From: Octopus vulgaris | Lineage: Eukaryota | DNA length: 64,000 nucleotides | Direction of reading: 5' to 3' | NCBI GenBank assembly: GCA_951406725.2 | Contig: OX597814.1 | Span: 167,276,001-167,340,000, forward strand | Shown: positions 1 through 14,287 of the stretch, one piece after another | Numbering within the stretch: position 1 is the first letter of the stretch | Layout of the letters: each line of letters starts with the position of its first letter | Notes under the pieces: generated by a model | The model's database searches: none | Told to the model about the DNA's origin: nothing | Seen by the model: the letters and a program-made list of their open reading frames with translations, nothing else | Program-made: the position numbers and the translations under genes

Positions 1-398
1 GAAATTAAGGCCTATTTTGCCATAAATATTATTATGGGTATTAGAAAGTTACCCAGAATAACAAATTCTAGCGTAAAATTTTGTTGTATACCCAATTGAA
101 TATTAGCTAATAACCCATTTTCTATAGCGATGTTTGAACAAAATTTTAATAATTTTATATATTGTTGAATTTACCTGTATCTACCTGCAATTAGAGTCAC
201 TTTGTGACAAAAATTATAATATAGAATTGGTTGAGAACATTTCACTAAATTATCTTCCAAAAATCAGATTAATATATTCATAAATAAAAAAGTTATAGTT
301 GTTTAATGAAACCAGACTAAATTTATGATTACGTTAGAAATTCATTGAAACACATAAGGGGTGTATTTTGGTCAGAAATATAGTAACGAAAGGGTTAA
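1..398. mobile_element. Right end of piggyBac-type non-autonomous element (left part outside window)
   Basis: Ends ...cagaaatatagtaacgaaAGGG-TTAA (395-398), the same terminus as the MITEs at 5543-5770 and 49205-49419. Confidence 0.55.
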
Positions 399-506
399 GA
401 AAAACCAAAAAATATTTTATTCTTTGTAAATGTTGTGTTCAAAATAACATTTTCTTTTAAGAATGTGTATATAACAAAGTATGTGTATATAACTACGTGG
501 CTTATA

Positions 507-906
507 TCTTTATATATAAGAGTGAAGTTGTGTGTCTGTCTCCTACGATTTAGATTCGTAACTACTCCCACATTTTGCGGTGTAGTTTAACCAAAAGCGG
601 GTATCTTATAGTCGTGATTCATATCGAGCCCTTCTGGGTATTAGCGCGCGTCTACGATGAGTCTACGATTTTAAAAAAATTTACCATCATATTTTTCCAT
701 TTTAATGCATATTTTTCGTTATTATATAAGGGAAGTAACTCTCTAAAAATATCTACGATGTGTCAACGATTTAAAAAAAAAAATTAACTTAATTTTTTTT
801 TCAATTTTTAATGCATTTTTTTGCTATTTTTTGGCTATAACTCTCTAAAAATGCTTATATAGTTATTTCCCTTACAAACCCGAGCAACGCCGGGCGATAC
901 TGCTAG
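507..906 (+). mobile_element. Non-autonomous Helitron
   Basis: A^TC 5' end, subterminal hairpin cccgagcaacgccggg, CTAG^T 3' end, no TSD; termini shared with 2334-2772 and 24384-24746. Confidence 0.75.
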
Positions 907-921
907 TATATATATATATAT

Positions 922-2013
922 GAAGATAGGTGTGTGAGAAAGTGCCAATCCTTAGCAGTTGAGGGAACCTGTGGAAGAGGTAGACCCAGGAAAACCTGGG
1001 ACGAGGTGGTGAAGCACGACCTTCGAACTTTAGGCCTCACTGAGGAAATGACCAGCGACCGAGAAATATTCTGTACGTGAGAAGACCAGGCAGGACAAGT
1101 GAGCCCAGCCCACTTATGAATGCCTTTCCTCCCTTGGACACAAAGACCTGTTGAGGCAAGCGAAGTCGATATAGAACCTCATCCGACGACAGGCACCCAT
1201 GCCAACCCCCTTTGCTTGCGAAGACATGTTGGGGCAAGCGAAATCGAAATCGAAATCGAATTGAACCAGCCAGGATCCCTGGTCTGGTGGTACGTAAGAA
1301 GCACTATCCGACTCGTGGCCGATGCCAGCGCCGCCTCCACTGGCTTCCGGGCCGGTGGCATGTAAAATACACCAATCTGACCGTACGACAGGCACCCATG
1401 CCAACCCCCTTGCTTGCGAAGACATGTTGGGGCAAGCGAAATCGAATCGAATTGAACCAGCCAGGATCCCTGGTCTGGTGGTACGTAAAAAGCACTATCC
1501 GACTCGTGGCCGATGCCAGCGCCGCCTCCACTGGCTTCCGTGTCGGTGGCACGTAAAATACACCAATCTGACCGTACGACAGGCACCCATGCCAACCCCT
1601 AGCTTGCGAAGACATGTTGGGGCAAGCGAAATCGAAATCGAATTGAACCAGCCAGGATCCCTGGTCTGGTGGTACGTAAAAAGCACTATCCGACTCGTGG
1701 CGTAAAAAGCACTATCCGACTCGTGGCCGATGCCAGCTCCGCCTCGTCTGGCTTCCGTGCCGGTGGCACATAAAATACACCAATCCGACCGTGGCCGTTG
1801 CCAGCCTCGCCTGGCACCTGTGCAGGTGGCACGTAAAAAGCACCCACTACACTCACGGAGTGGTTGGCGTTAGGAAGGGCATTCAGCTGTAGAAACACTG
1901 CCAGATAAGACTGGAGCCTGGTGCAGCCTTCTGGCTTCCCAGATCCCCGGTCGAACCGTCCAACCCATGCTAGCATGGAGAACGGACGTTAAACAATGAT
2001 GATGATGATGATG
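922..2013 (+). mobile_element. RTE-clade LINE 3' fragment with tandemly duplicated 3'UTR and (GAT)n tail
   Basis: Translates EDRCVRKCQSLAVEGTCGRGRPRKTWDEVVKHDLRTLGL (RTE C-terminal GRPRKTW motif); units of about 199 and 191 bp start at 1187, 1386, 1577; (GAT)n tail. Confidence 0.8.
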
Positions 2014-2014
2014 A

Positions 2015-2256
2015 TATGTATATTTGCGCGTGTGTTTGTGTGGGTCTGTTTGCCCCCTCCCCACAACATTGCTTGACAACCAATGTTGGTGTGTTTATGT
2101 TCCCGTAACTTAGCGGTTCGGGAAAAGACACCGATAGAATAAGTACTAGGTTTACAAAGAATAAGTCCTGGGGTCGATTTCCTCGACTAAAGGCGGTGCT
2201 CCAGCATGGCTGCAGTCAAATGACTGAAACAAGTAAAAGAGTAAAAGAGTAAAGAG
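2015..2256 (+). mobile_element. SINE family A, 3' half
   Basis: Matches the body and (GTAAAAGA)n tail of the copy at 21897-22291. Confidence 0.75.
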
Positions 2257-2333
2257 TATACATTTATTTCCACCTTATATTGGGACATTGTTAGATTTGA
2301 ACACATAACCAACTTAGTTACATTTGAAAATTA

Positions 2334-2772
2334 CTAGCAGTATAGCCCAGCGTTGCTCAGGTTTGTTTTTTAGTTGTGCTTAAAATGGCAGACTTTGATG
2401 TCGCGTTAACAAAGTTTTGACATAGTTTCAATCTTTTTTGAAAAGTAAAAATTTTGCATTATGTAGCTTGCTATTCTCTCTAAGTGAACATTTTTCTGGT
2501 TGAAATACACTGAAAAATGGCAACAAAGCAGTCAAAAAATTGTAAAAAATTGGGAATTTCATTGAAAAAAGCACCTTTTCGATGTAAATAATTTTTGGTC
2601 TTAACATGGTCTGATTTGAATTTTTTCTTCTATGGAATGAAGAGCAAGCCTTCTATCATACTCTCAATTTTGGTCAATTTGCGCCACAGGGTTTCAGAGG
2701 AGATAGTGTTAGTTGAAGGCTACCAAACCTGCCACACACACACACAGACAATTTCAGCTTTATATGTATAGA
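2334..2772 (-). mobile_element. Non-autonomous Helitron
   Basis: Minus strand: A^TC start, (TG)n near 5' end, hairpin cctgagcaacgctggg, CTAG^T end. Confidence 0.7.
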
Positions 2773-3668
2773 TTACATTTCAAACTCGTTACAAGCATTT
2801 AAATTTATTATATTGGTGACTACTCTAAAATGGTTACACTTCGAACCTATTTCACTTAGAACATGTTATATCTTCTTTCTATATCAAAGAGTTTTGTCCT
2901 TATGGTGTGCATTGCATGCAACTACAGCTTTATCTAGTTATTCAGTTGATTAAAGCCAGTAGTGGTAAAGCCCACATGGGACTCCTGCTTTGCTTCCATA
3001 GACAATAATAATGGACTTGAACAAAGTCTTTGTCCAGGATTTTAATACAATGCATTTGGCAATAATTTCTTATTGACAACATAACAATCGTTATCTATTT
3101 TTCTTTATGTTTATTCTCATTGTTCGCACCTTCACCCTTCAGCCCTAAATTAATTCATTCTACTTTTAATTAATAGTTCTTAGTTCTCATTGATTTTTCC
3201 ATAATTTCATCACTTTTTTTAAAAGCTATTCAACAACTTCACCAATTTTGTTTTCTATCAGATCACTAAATCATTAAATCATACATTCTTTACAACTCCT
3301 TCACCCTTCTTCCAAAAACAGCAAACATCTGCCTTTCTCTGTGCCTTTCCAACCTACTTGTACTGCTCTAGTCAATTTGAACATTACCACCAGCTGACCT
3401 TTGAAGTTACTCCCCTCCACTCAACACATGACAGTAGCTTGTAGAACAAACTAATGTCATTTTAGTTTTATCTCTATTGCCTTCAAATTTATAATTTAGA
3501 CTTTTAATTATATTATTATATGTAGCTCATTGATTATCAATTATTATCCCTGAACAACCCAATATTTCTCCTTTTTGTTCACTCCTCTTTCTTTCTCATT
3601 TCTTTATTTCTTTTTTCACATTATGTACAGTCTACACAGTTAATTTCCACTGTTCTTACATTATATTT

Positions 3669-4325
3669 GGGCAGTGGATTGGTAGAATCTTTAAAGTATC
3701 AAACAAAGTACTTTGCAGTATTTCTTCCAACACTTTATGTTCTAAGCTCAAATCCTATTGAGGTCAGCTTTACCTTTCAGGGCCAATGAAATAAAGTAAC
3801 GGTCAAGTATTGGAGTCAATGTAATCGATTGATCCCCTCCTCTCAAAACTGCTTGTCTTGTGACAAGATCAGGAACCATATATAGGCAGCAAGCTGGCAG
3901 AATTATTAGAGCACTGGAAAAAATGCTTTGTGGTATTCATTCTGGGTCCTTACGTTCTGAGCTCAAATTTGCCTTTCATCCTTTTCGCGGTCAATAAAAT
4001 GAAGGCTAGTTGAGCCCTGGGGGTTGATGTAGCAGAAAGGATTGATGTTATTGTTGTTGTTATTACTATTATCATTATTGTAATTAATATTATTATCATT
4101 ATTATTGTTATTATTAGGTGGTGAGAATTGTTAGTGTACCAGACACAATGTTTTGCAGTATTTTTCCAGCTCTTTATGTTCTGAATTCAAATACAGCCAA
4201 GGTCGACTTTGCCTTTCATCCTTTCAAGGTCAATTCAATAAGTACCAGTTATACACTGGAGTCAATGTAATAAACTTTATCCCTTCCCCCAAATTTCAGG
4301 CCTTGTGCTTACAATAGAAAGGATT
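3669..4325 (+). mobile_element. Three tandem diverged copies of tRNA-derived SINE family B (about 3669-3880, 3884-4030, 4117-4325)
   Basis: Recurrent ctggcagaat..ttag head, gttctgagttcaaat B-box-like motif and tttgcctttcatcc..aagtaccagt core. Confidence 0.7.
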
Positions 4326-4825
<500 letters not shown>

Positions 4826-4974
4826 CATGAAGGAATAATTATGAATACAGTAACGTCACAGAACATACTACTGACCACAAATGATGTTGAGTGCCATGTA
4901 AAAGCAGTGGTATAATGGGAAATAGTGGGAAGAAGAGGGGCACTATGTTTTGCTTGATAGATCATCATCACCAA

Positions 4975-5500
4975 TATCTGCTTCAGGAGTGAAAAATTTA
5001 TCCAAAGTTGTTTGACATATGCAATTCACCATCTCTTGGTTGGAAATTAGTGAAACTTGTTCTCACATCAGCGGTTTCTTATTAGACAAATCTGTCTCTC
5101 TCCATGAAGCTACATCATTTTCTACAGCTTCTTCAAACCCTGCATTATTTATGTGTGTCTGCAGGGGCAGCTTCCACTGTCATTTTAATGTTGTGTAAAT
5201 TTAGTCATCTCCTAAAACTTTCTAACCAGATTTTACTAATCAAGAAAAGTTTTGCATCAGAAATTGCACCTTCCACTGTCTGAACATCAACATAAAAACT
5301 TTTTGCTTTTGAATGACCATCATGTTTATTGGCTCAATAGTTCCAGCTTAATTGCCAATCCATTTTAACCATCATGTCTGGTCTATGAAAAACAATTTTT
5401 GGTCATTTAAGAAAGTAGCTGCTTGAGCATATAACCTAATTTGATATTTATTGTTATGTATTGCTCCAACTGTAGGAAGGTTTAATATTTTGCAATTTTA
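4975..5500 (-). pseudogene. Tigger/pogo-type transposase remnant
   Basis: Minus strand fragments WLESFRR*LNLHNIKMT(V)EAA and C-terminal QTTLDKFF; frameshifted and internally deleted. Confidence 0.55.
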
Positions 5501-5542
5501 TCTGTGTTTTTTACATTATCAAATTTCTGTAAAGTATGATGT

Positions 5543-5770
5543 TTAACAATTTTGATACCAACCCCACTAAAATTGCTTCAAGTTTTATGATACAAACTTT
5601 CTGTTTAAACTAATCTAAATTAAAACTTTCCCTTAGATTTAAATGTTAGTTTATGTTTCAAACACCATTTTAATAAAGGCAAAAGCTATTTATTAAATTC
5701 TTCATTATTTTAAAAATTAACCGGCGCAAAGTAGTGTATTTCAACAGAAATATGGTAACGAAAGGGTTAT
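5543..5770. mobile_element. piggyBac-type MITE (diverged)
   Basis: TTAA..tttgataccaac left end and aaaggg-TTAT right end; reverse complement of 49205-49419. Confidence 0.6.
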
Positions 5771-6509
5771 CCAATGTGATTTCTTTATGATTTCATTTTG
5801 CACAACTACCTACACTTTCCCTTGATGGTCTCTTTCTAGTCAACTTGGATTGGAATAATGTATTATAAATATATCTTAACATTAGTAGTTAAATCCAGCA
5901 GAAGTGATGGTAGACAAGAAGTCTCACCAAATAGCAAAACAGTAGAATCCAAGGAAAGTAGTGATATTCTGTTAGCTTCTTTGAATGTAAAATTATGAGA
6001 AAGTGAAAGGAGTGGAGTAATGAAGTGGGGGCGGGGATACTATTTGGTTTAAAGTTAGTAGCAATCGACAAGGCAAGAAGGAAGTTAGTTGAAGCTGGCA
6101 AATATGCTGAAATCAATGAAAAACAAGCTTATTTATTTGTATAAAATTATAAACAATCTGTTGGTGGTAACAAAAGTAACAACTGTTATTTAGAAAGTAT
6201 TCAATACACAATACAGACAGAGGGAAATGAAGTTTTTTCTTCACTGATAAATATTGACACTTATGGGACAATTAAGCTATTTTGTAAAGACTCATCATTT
6301 TTGAGTAAGACTGAAGTAAAGTGGATTAAGTCAAATCAAAGTCAAGGTGAAACAAAATAATACTAACAACCATACACATGAAATTTGAATTAGCACTCAT
6401 GGATTTATGACCATTAATAATGGTAGAGACTAAAAACAATTATTTAATGAATTAGGCATATCAGATTTTTTATGACTAGAACATAATATGCAAGCATAAG
6501 TAAACATAC

Positions 6510-6578
6510 CTGTTGACTCACACATGCTTAGAGAGATATAGTACCTGGTTAGTGATGTTGGGAAACAGCTTGTGAAAT
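6510..6578 (-). CDS. Candidate host exon (69 nt, phase 1-1)
   Basis: tttttatAG acceptor, GTATGT donor, open frame FTSCFPTSLTRYYISLSMCEST; no homology recognised. Confidence 0.2.
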
Positions 6579-7004
6579 CTATAAAAACTAAGTTTTCAGT
6601 CAATACTGTTCAGGTTTATTTTATTGGCAGCTGTGTAACAGAGTCTTTGCAAAAGTGTACAGAAACCTTTGATGGTATAAAGATTTCAAAGATTATTATT
6701 CCCCCTCATAAGCTTCACCACTAGGAAATATGTACCATTTAAGTTGATAAGGTGTTGAATGCATCATTTAATAATTATATGTATGAAACCAAAGAAGTTT
6801 GTTTGCTTTTGTTAAAGAAATGATCATGAGAAATAAATTTAAATTTAAACAGGTCTGAGGCCAAACTAACACAAGCTTTTGTTTTATCTTTAAAGGTAAC
6901 AAGTGTTGATGTTCAATATCTTTAGTTTTGCAATAAGATCTAGAAGGCAGTTGAGTTTGGAAATCAGAGCAGTTGTGTGTGTGTCTGTGTGTGTGTGGGT
7001 GGCC

Positions 7005-7243
7005 TCAATTGAACTCATAAAGCAAAATATGCCGAATATGCTCCTTTGTCATTCCATTATAGCTTTAAAAAAATAAATGTTAAAATCAAACTGTACTCTT
7101 CAAAACTTGCACTAAAAATAAAGACAAGGTAAAATTATTACCTGCTTTTATAGCAAATTGATGCAGGTAGTTTATCCCATCCCACTCCAACTTTCAGTCC
7201 ATGCAAATGAAAAAACCACATTATTTATGGGATGACTCAATAT
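7005..7243 (-). mobile_element. Mariner 5' end fragment
   Basis: Reverse complement of the start of 28038-28535 (TIR ttgagtcatcccataaataatg after TA, start of transposase). Confidence 0.7.
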
Positions 7244-7249
7244 ATAAAA

Positions 7250-7450
7250 AGGCATAGGCATAGCTGTGTGGTATGAAGCTTGCTTCCTAGTCACATGGTT
7301 CCAGGTTCAGTCCCAGTGCATGACACCTTGAGCAAGTGTCTTCTACTATAGTCTTGGACTGACCAAAGTCTTGGTGGATGGAAACTGAAAGAAGCCCATT
7401 ACATGTGTGTGTATGTGTGTATCTTTTCGTCTGTGTGTTTTTGTGTCTGT
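7250..7450 (+). mobile_element. SINE family A, 5' part
   Basis: Head ggcatagctgtgtggta, ggttcagtccca box, accttgagcaagtgtcttctactatag core. Confidence 0.7.
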
Positions 7451-7517
7451 GTTTTTCCCCCTCCACCACATATGCATACATATCTACAGTATCATGAAAT
7501 ACTGTAGATATATAACT

Positions 7518-7965
7518 TAGATAGGTTTCGGCCAGTATAGGCCCAGGCCATGTCTAACTTAAAAGCACCACTTGGTGAAGTCTTTTAGATTGTGATGCAC
7601 ATCTCAGTCATAAATGGGACACCATGGCCCACTCTAGCAAAGAGTTATTATTGTTGGAGACATATCCAGATGTAGGAGGTTTTTTTGAGAAATTTGTCCA
7701 GAGAACTTTTGAATGTTATGGGATCTGTTTCAGTTTTGATGCATTTTGGTATAATATTAAAGAGAGCTGGACCAGATGAGGTAAAGCAGTTGTATCATGA
7801 TGTTGTTAGGTGTCTTGAGTTCAATTTTTGTAGTGGGCAGATAGCATGGGGGCCAAGTCTTGAGTGGATTTTAAACTTGATGCCAACATCATTTGTGCAA
7901 TATTGATGGAATATTTTCCACATCACACAAATGATGTAGCACTCACAGCAGTGTTGGGGAGAGTA
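7518..7965 (-). mobile_element. Degenerate 3' fragment of the CR1/L2-group LINE seen at 9693-10528
   Basis: Shares gataggtttcggcca..ggcccaggccatgtctaactta end and aligns by eye with 9714-10150. Confidence 0.7.
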
Positions 7966-8056
7966 AATGCATCAGTTCCAACTTAAACCACAGATCCAAC
8001 TCAGGGCTAGTTCTAAGTGTAGTGTAGGTATAAAAAAAATACAATTGGGGTTTAAA

Positions 8057-8135
8057 ATTTACTAAATAGCTGTTTCAGTATTGATGTATTCATAGATAAC
8101 ATCATAGCATAAATCTACCATCTTCAGGTAAAATT
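8057..8135 (-). ncRNA. Degenerate hammerhead-like motif
   Basis: Minus: tttaC-TGAAGA core (CTGAAGA), about 44-nt stem II region, GAAAC-agct-ATT; stem III and cleavage site decayed. Confidence 0.3.
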
Positions 8136-8197
8136 TGAAACAGATATAAACAGGTGAGATAAAACTTTGAAGATGATTAGTTCAGTAACATATTAGA

Positions 8198-8417
8198 TAC
8201 AAAGGGGTGTTGAAAGGTTCCTGGCTTTGGATAAAAGAAAATACTGGAGGATCAGTTAATTTGATTTTATTTAACATATTCCCCTCTCAGATTCACACAC
8301 TTATTGCAGTGGTATCTCAGTTTTTGTAAGCTCTGTAAAAGAAATCGAAAGGTTGGGTCTCCAGCCTGGCCTTTCATGATACCCTTAAAGCCAGGGGCTT
8401 TTCAGTACTTCCCTGTA
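8198..8417. mobile_element. Tc1/mariner-type MITE
   Basis: TA-flanked imperfect TIRs of about 29 bp: caaaggggtgttgaaaggttcctggcttt / aaagccaggggcttttcagtacttccctg. Confidence 0.6.
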
Positions 8418-8537
8418 TAAATCCAAATGGGTTAAAGCTATGATGTAGTCTATGAGTACATCAATAAAGTTCTACTGAAACAACTGTCAAATGTCCAACC
8501 TCATTTGTATTCTTTTATATGTATGTATGTTTATATT

Positions 8538-9692
<1,155 letters not shown>

Positions 9693-10528
9693 CTTTGATA
9701 CTTTGATACTTTGATAGGTTTCGGCCATTATTGGCCCAGGCCATGTCTAACTTAATAGCACCACCTGGTGAAGTCTTTCAAGTCAGAATTTGGGCACTAT
9801 GGCCCACTCAAGTAGGGAGTTATTGTTTACAGAGACATATCCGGGTGTAGGGGGTTTATCCGGGATTTCTTGAAGGAATCTGTCCAAAGACTTCTTGAAC
9901 CCTATAGGGTCAGTTTCTGTTTTAATGTGTTTTGGTGTAATGTTAAAGAGAGCGGAGCCAATTGAGGTGAAATAATTGTGCCGTATTGTTGTTATGAGAT
10001 GAGAGTGCGATTTTTGTTTTGGGTGGATGGCACGGGGCCCAAGCCTTGGATGTACCTTAAAGGTGATGCCAACATCATTTGGGCAATGCTGATGGAATAT
10101 TTTCCACATCATGCAGATGATGTAGCGCTCACGACGACGTTGGAGAGAATAGAGTTTTAGCTTTTCTAGTCGACCCCAATAGTCGAGGCCTGTCATGCCA
10201 TCTATCTTTTTTGTGATTGCCCTTTGAGATGCTTCAACTTTTATGATACCTTGTATTGTGTGGGGAGACCACAGTGGACAACAGTATTCAAGGTGGGGTC
10301 GGGCAAAAGTGGAGAAGAGAAGGATAATGGTGTGGATATCTCTCGACTGGAAAGTTCTGAGAATCCAGGAACACATTCTGCGGGCCATGTCAACTTTGGT
10401 GTTTATATGAGTGGCCCAGCTTATGTTGTTGTCCACAATTACTCCCAAGTCTCTGATGTTGTTGGACGCCACGAGAGTTTCACCTGAAGGAAGGGAGTAT
10501 GGGAGTTTCAGGGCATCCTCTTTTCCAA
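9693..10528 (-). mobile_element. 5'-truncated CR1/L2-group LINE, second family, with intact C-terminal ORF 9783-10472
   Basis: RDLGVIVD, RPHLEYCCPLWSP, LYSLQRRRERY, FKKSLDRFL motifs; tail of 8-bp repeats (TATCAAAG)x3. Confidence 0.88.
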
Positions 10529-10583
10529 AGAGATATATATATATGTATGTATGTATGTATATATGTGTATGTACAAATATTCA

Positions 10584-10624
<41 letters not shown>

Positions 10625-10626
<2 letters not shown>

Positions 10627-11029
10627 ACAATCAAGGAACGGCCATAATAGGCCATTCACCCACTAGAAATAACAGCCAAAGCTTCAACCGCAAATAAAAA
10701 ATTAATTCCGTAAACCAGGAGAAAATTTAAAAAACATTTACCCTGTAATTTCTTATACGATATACCGTTTCATCTGCTGATTAATGGTAAACTAACCTGA
10801 TTAAATTAAATCAAGCCAATCTTCCAAAGGCCCTCAGATTCTTCAGTAAGAAATAGCCCAAGTCGGAACAGATATTTTCACGAGGCATTTCCGATCTTGC
10901 CAAGGTTATATCTGACCTAAAATTTTCAAATCGTCGCACTCGCGCCAAATTTATCGGCAGCAAATAAATATAAGCCGTCGATTCCATTACAGAATTAACC
11001 AGAAAATTCATAATTAATCAATATATTGA

Positions 11030-11036
<7 letters not shown>
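10625..11036 (-). mobile_element. (TA)n-embedded hammerhead-bearing element (Penelope pLTR / retrozyme-like)
   Basis: Non-repetitive 410-bp insert flanked by (TA)n, containing the hammerhead at 10748-10854. Confidence 0.5.
10748..10854 (-). ncRNA. Type I hammerhead ribozyme with long stem II
   Basis: Minus: atttctta-CTGAAGA-atctg...cagat (68 nt)-GAAA-cggtatatc-GTA-taagaaat; 8-bp stem I, canonical core, predicted cut between 10756 and 10755. Confidence 0.75.
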
Positions 11037-11072
<36 letters not shown>

Positions 11073-11134
11073 TATACCAGCATGGAAAATGGGCATTAAA
11101 TGATTGCACACATACATGTATACACGTGCACGTG

Positions 11135-11166
<32 letters not shown>

Positions 11167-11506
11167 CTCATGAAATAAACATATATAGAAATAGTATATA
11201 TTTATATATATTTAGTTCCTACAAAATAAGAAGAGGAAACTGCTCAAAAGCATCAGAGCAGCTAACATCTGTGACATTTCTCCAGGCAATACTGAAGGGT
11301 AGCCACCCCCCACAACCTCCATTCAATTCACCTGAAGTCAAGATTTAATGAATGGATGAGTGTTTTCTTCAAGAGGAAATGATCAGACTTCAGTCTTTGC
11401 ACTATGTCCACAAAAATCACTTCTTTCACCATAGCAACCAGACTGAGAGATAAAAAAAAATCCCAAATAGAAATTATCAGCTTACCCAGCTGTTTCTCTT
11501 TCTGAG

Positions 11507-11545
<39 letters not shown>

Positions 11546-11827
11546 CTTGTGGTATCATTTTCACTTTGACCAAACATAGTTTCCTGAAATATAAACAGTC
11601 TAGAAAGACTGACACCAGTTGCCAGTTTCAACCAATTAATATCATTCACAGTTCATTTATTAGTCATTATAACTACCTCTGGGAAAGGATATGACAAGTT
11701 CATGAGTTTTGAAAAACAGCGGGGAGGAAAAACATTTTCAAAATCTGCGAATACATTTAGTTAAGCAATTTACCTTAAATTTTGAGTTACATGTTCAGTA
11801 AAATAGACATTATCTCCAAGTACTATA

Positions 11828-12214
11828 TTTCACCGCCTTGACTGGCTTCCATGTCGGTGGCACGTAAAAACCACCAACCAATCGTGGCCATTGCCAGCCT
11901 CCCCTGGCACTTGTGCCGGTGGCATGTAAAAAGCACCATCCATACATGGTCGATGTCAGTGCCATCTTGACTGGCTTCCATGCCGGTGGCACGTAAAAAC
12001 CACAATCGATCGTGGCCGTTGCCAGCCTCCTCTGGCACCTGTGCTGGTGGCACGTAAAAAGCACCTACTACACTCACGGAGTGGTTGGCGTTAGGAAGGG
12101 CATCCAGTTGTAGAAACACTGTCAGATCAGACTGGAGCCTGGTGCAGCCACCTGGCTTCCCAGACCCCAGTCGAACCATCCAACCCATGCTAGCATGGAA
12201 AACGGATGTTAAAC

Positions 12215-12248
<34 letters not shown>
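11828..12248 (+). mobile_element. RTE 3'UTR-derived repeat with (GAT)n tail
   Basis: Repeated gtgccggtggcacgtaaaa modules and ggttggcgttaggaagggcatccag; same tail as 922-2013. Confidence 0.8.
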
Positions 12249-12277
12249 TATTTTGCTGTGTTTAATTTGTGATTCAA

Positions 12278-12855
12278 TGTAGCTACCTCCGTTGCTGCAG
12301 AAGGAGGTACTAGCTATAAGGGTGTAAAGGGAACTGGTTGCTTCTTTACACTTTTGGGGTGCAACTTGGGTGCAACACAATTTCCTTTCTTTTTGTTTCT
12401 AGAAACTACCAGTCAGGAACGAAAAGCAAGTTTAGAAATATATAATTCTTTATTCTCTTATTCAACAATGAAACACAATGGTATACTGGTATCCATTCTT
12501 ACAACAATTCAGCAGCAATAGATATGTTAAATCCCAAGCGTCTGGGACAGGAGAATAGGTTGATCACACGTATGAAAATACGTCCTTTCTCTTCGATTGC
12601 CGTGCCTCAAGTCCCCAAACGCTATTAAGGAACGCTATGGAATTTATTCTTCAGTCTCTAGCGCATGTGCATGATGGAACTTCCTTATGCCCATCCAGAA
12701 GGTTCTAGAAGATTCCAATCCCGCACACGCACACTGAAGAATGACGTTGCGTGTGTGCACACTGGAACATGACATCACTACAAAGGTGACATCCCGCACA
12801 TGCACACTGAAGAATGATGTTGCATGTGTGCACACTGGAATATGACGTCACTACA
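12278..12855. mobile_element. Possible solo LTR with internal duplication of about 73 bp
   Basis: TGTAG...CTACA termini and duplicated cccgcaca..cactaca block; no TSD found. Confidence 0.35.
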
Positions 12856-13382
12856 AGGGCATTAGTTGAGTAAATACCCCATCTCTGCTACTCATTAACT
12901 ATTAAAATGTCTCATGCATATACATGTTTCAAACACTTTAAATAGACTTTTATATAGATTTATTTGCTCTTTTGTATATCATACACAATTAATCTAAAAA
13001 GAATAAACATTTCCTCACTTATAAGCCAATTATTTTAAAATAGATTTTAATTATTATTCCATAGTTCGAGTTTTGTAATGTAAGCTGCATATATAATAAG
13101 CATTATCCAAATGCACAAAAAAAAATGGATACAAATTTATAAAGTAAACAGCTAATGTAATCTTTCAATATAAGGCTTCCATGTTTTGATAGAAAACAGT
13201 GTTGTGACACCACAGGGATTGTTAAGAATTCTCTTCTCTGAAGCTTTCTCAAACAGTATTCATGGGAAGATGATGGCAAAGATACATATTTAAATTTACT
13301 TATTTGTTAACTGTGTACAGAAGAGTTGTAGGTTTGCATCTCACAAAAGTAATATACACAAGCATATACTGCATTTGTGTGA

Positions 13383-13712
13383 AGACGCATGGCTCAGTGG
13401 TTAGAGCGTCGAGCTTACGATCGTGAGGTTGTGAGTTTGAATCCCAGACCGGGCTGCGTGTTGTGTTCTTAAGCAAGACACTTTATTTCACGTTGCTCCA
13501 GTTCATTCAACTGTAGAAATGAGTTGGGACATCACAGATGCCAAGCTGTATCGGCCTTTGCCTTTCCCTTTGCTAACACTGGTGGCATGGAGAGGGGAGG
13601 CCGGTATGCATGGGCGACTGCTGGTCTTCCATAAACAACTTTGCCCAGACTTGTGCCTGGAATGGTAACTTTCTAGGTGCGATCCCATGGTCAGTCATGA
13701 CCGAAAGGGGTT
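13383..13712 (+). mobile_element. tRNA-derived SINE family C
   Basis: A box TGGCTCAGTGG, B box GTTTGAATCCC, central gtgttcttaagcaagacactt domain. Confidence 0.75.
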
Positions 13713-13987
13713 TCAGCATGTACTGCATTTGCAGACATATAAGACACTTTTCTTAAAATTTTTTAGATGTATCAAAAAATTGTTCTGTGACTAATGCAGC
13801 TGAATTGCAGATAGGAAACTGAGTGTTGTAGGCTGAGGAACTGGATAAGTTCATTAGGCACAATAATTGTTACTAATAATAAAATATTGGAAATAAACCA
13901 AAATAATAGTCCTTTAGAACAAAATTTTAAAAAATTCTTACAGTATATGAACAGTAATGTGGGGAGATTATGCTATATTATTGTGTC

Positions 13988-14153
13988 CACTAGCATAGCT
14001 AGAGTGGAGTGCAGCCCACCCTGAGCAGCATTTTTATGGGGGTGGCACCACTTTTGGGTCTGCTGTAGGCAATATGTATGTTTTGAGGGGGCTGGGGTGG
14101 AGGGCAAAAATGAAGGTCCATCCCGGGTGGCATACACTCTAGCTATGCTATTA
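13988..14153. mobile_element. hAT-type MITE
   Basis: 16-bp perfect inverted repeat tagcatagctagagtg; 8-bp TSD ATTGTGTC at 13980-13987 and 14154-14161. Confidence 0.82.
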
Positions 14154-14287
14154 ATTGTGTCTCCATCCCCAACATTCATAACCCATACTTGATATGTGTC
14201 TTAGAATACTTAATGATTTTGTTACTTTTAAGAGATATTTTTTAATTATCTAGATGAAAATTCTCCTAGAAAGATGAAAGGAATTTT

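Noticed and set aside
1187-1860. Repeat-spacer pattern resembling a CRISPR array
   Set aside because: Eukaryotic RTE 3'UTR modules; spacers are mutually similar and there are no cas genes
13383-13455. tRNA-like sequence (also at 43063)
   Set aside because: A and B boxes present but no clean cloverleaf, and it runs into a SINE body
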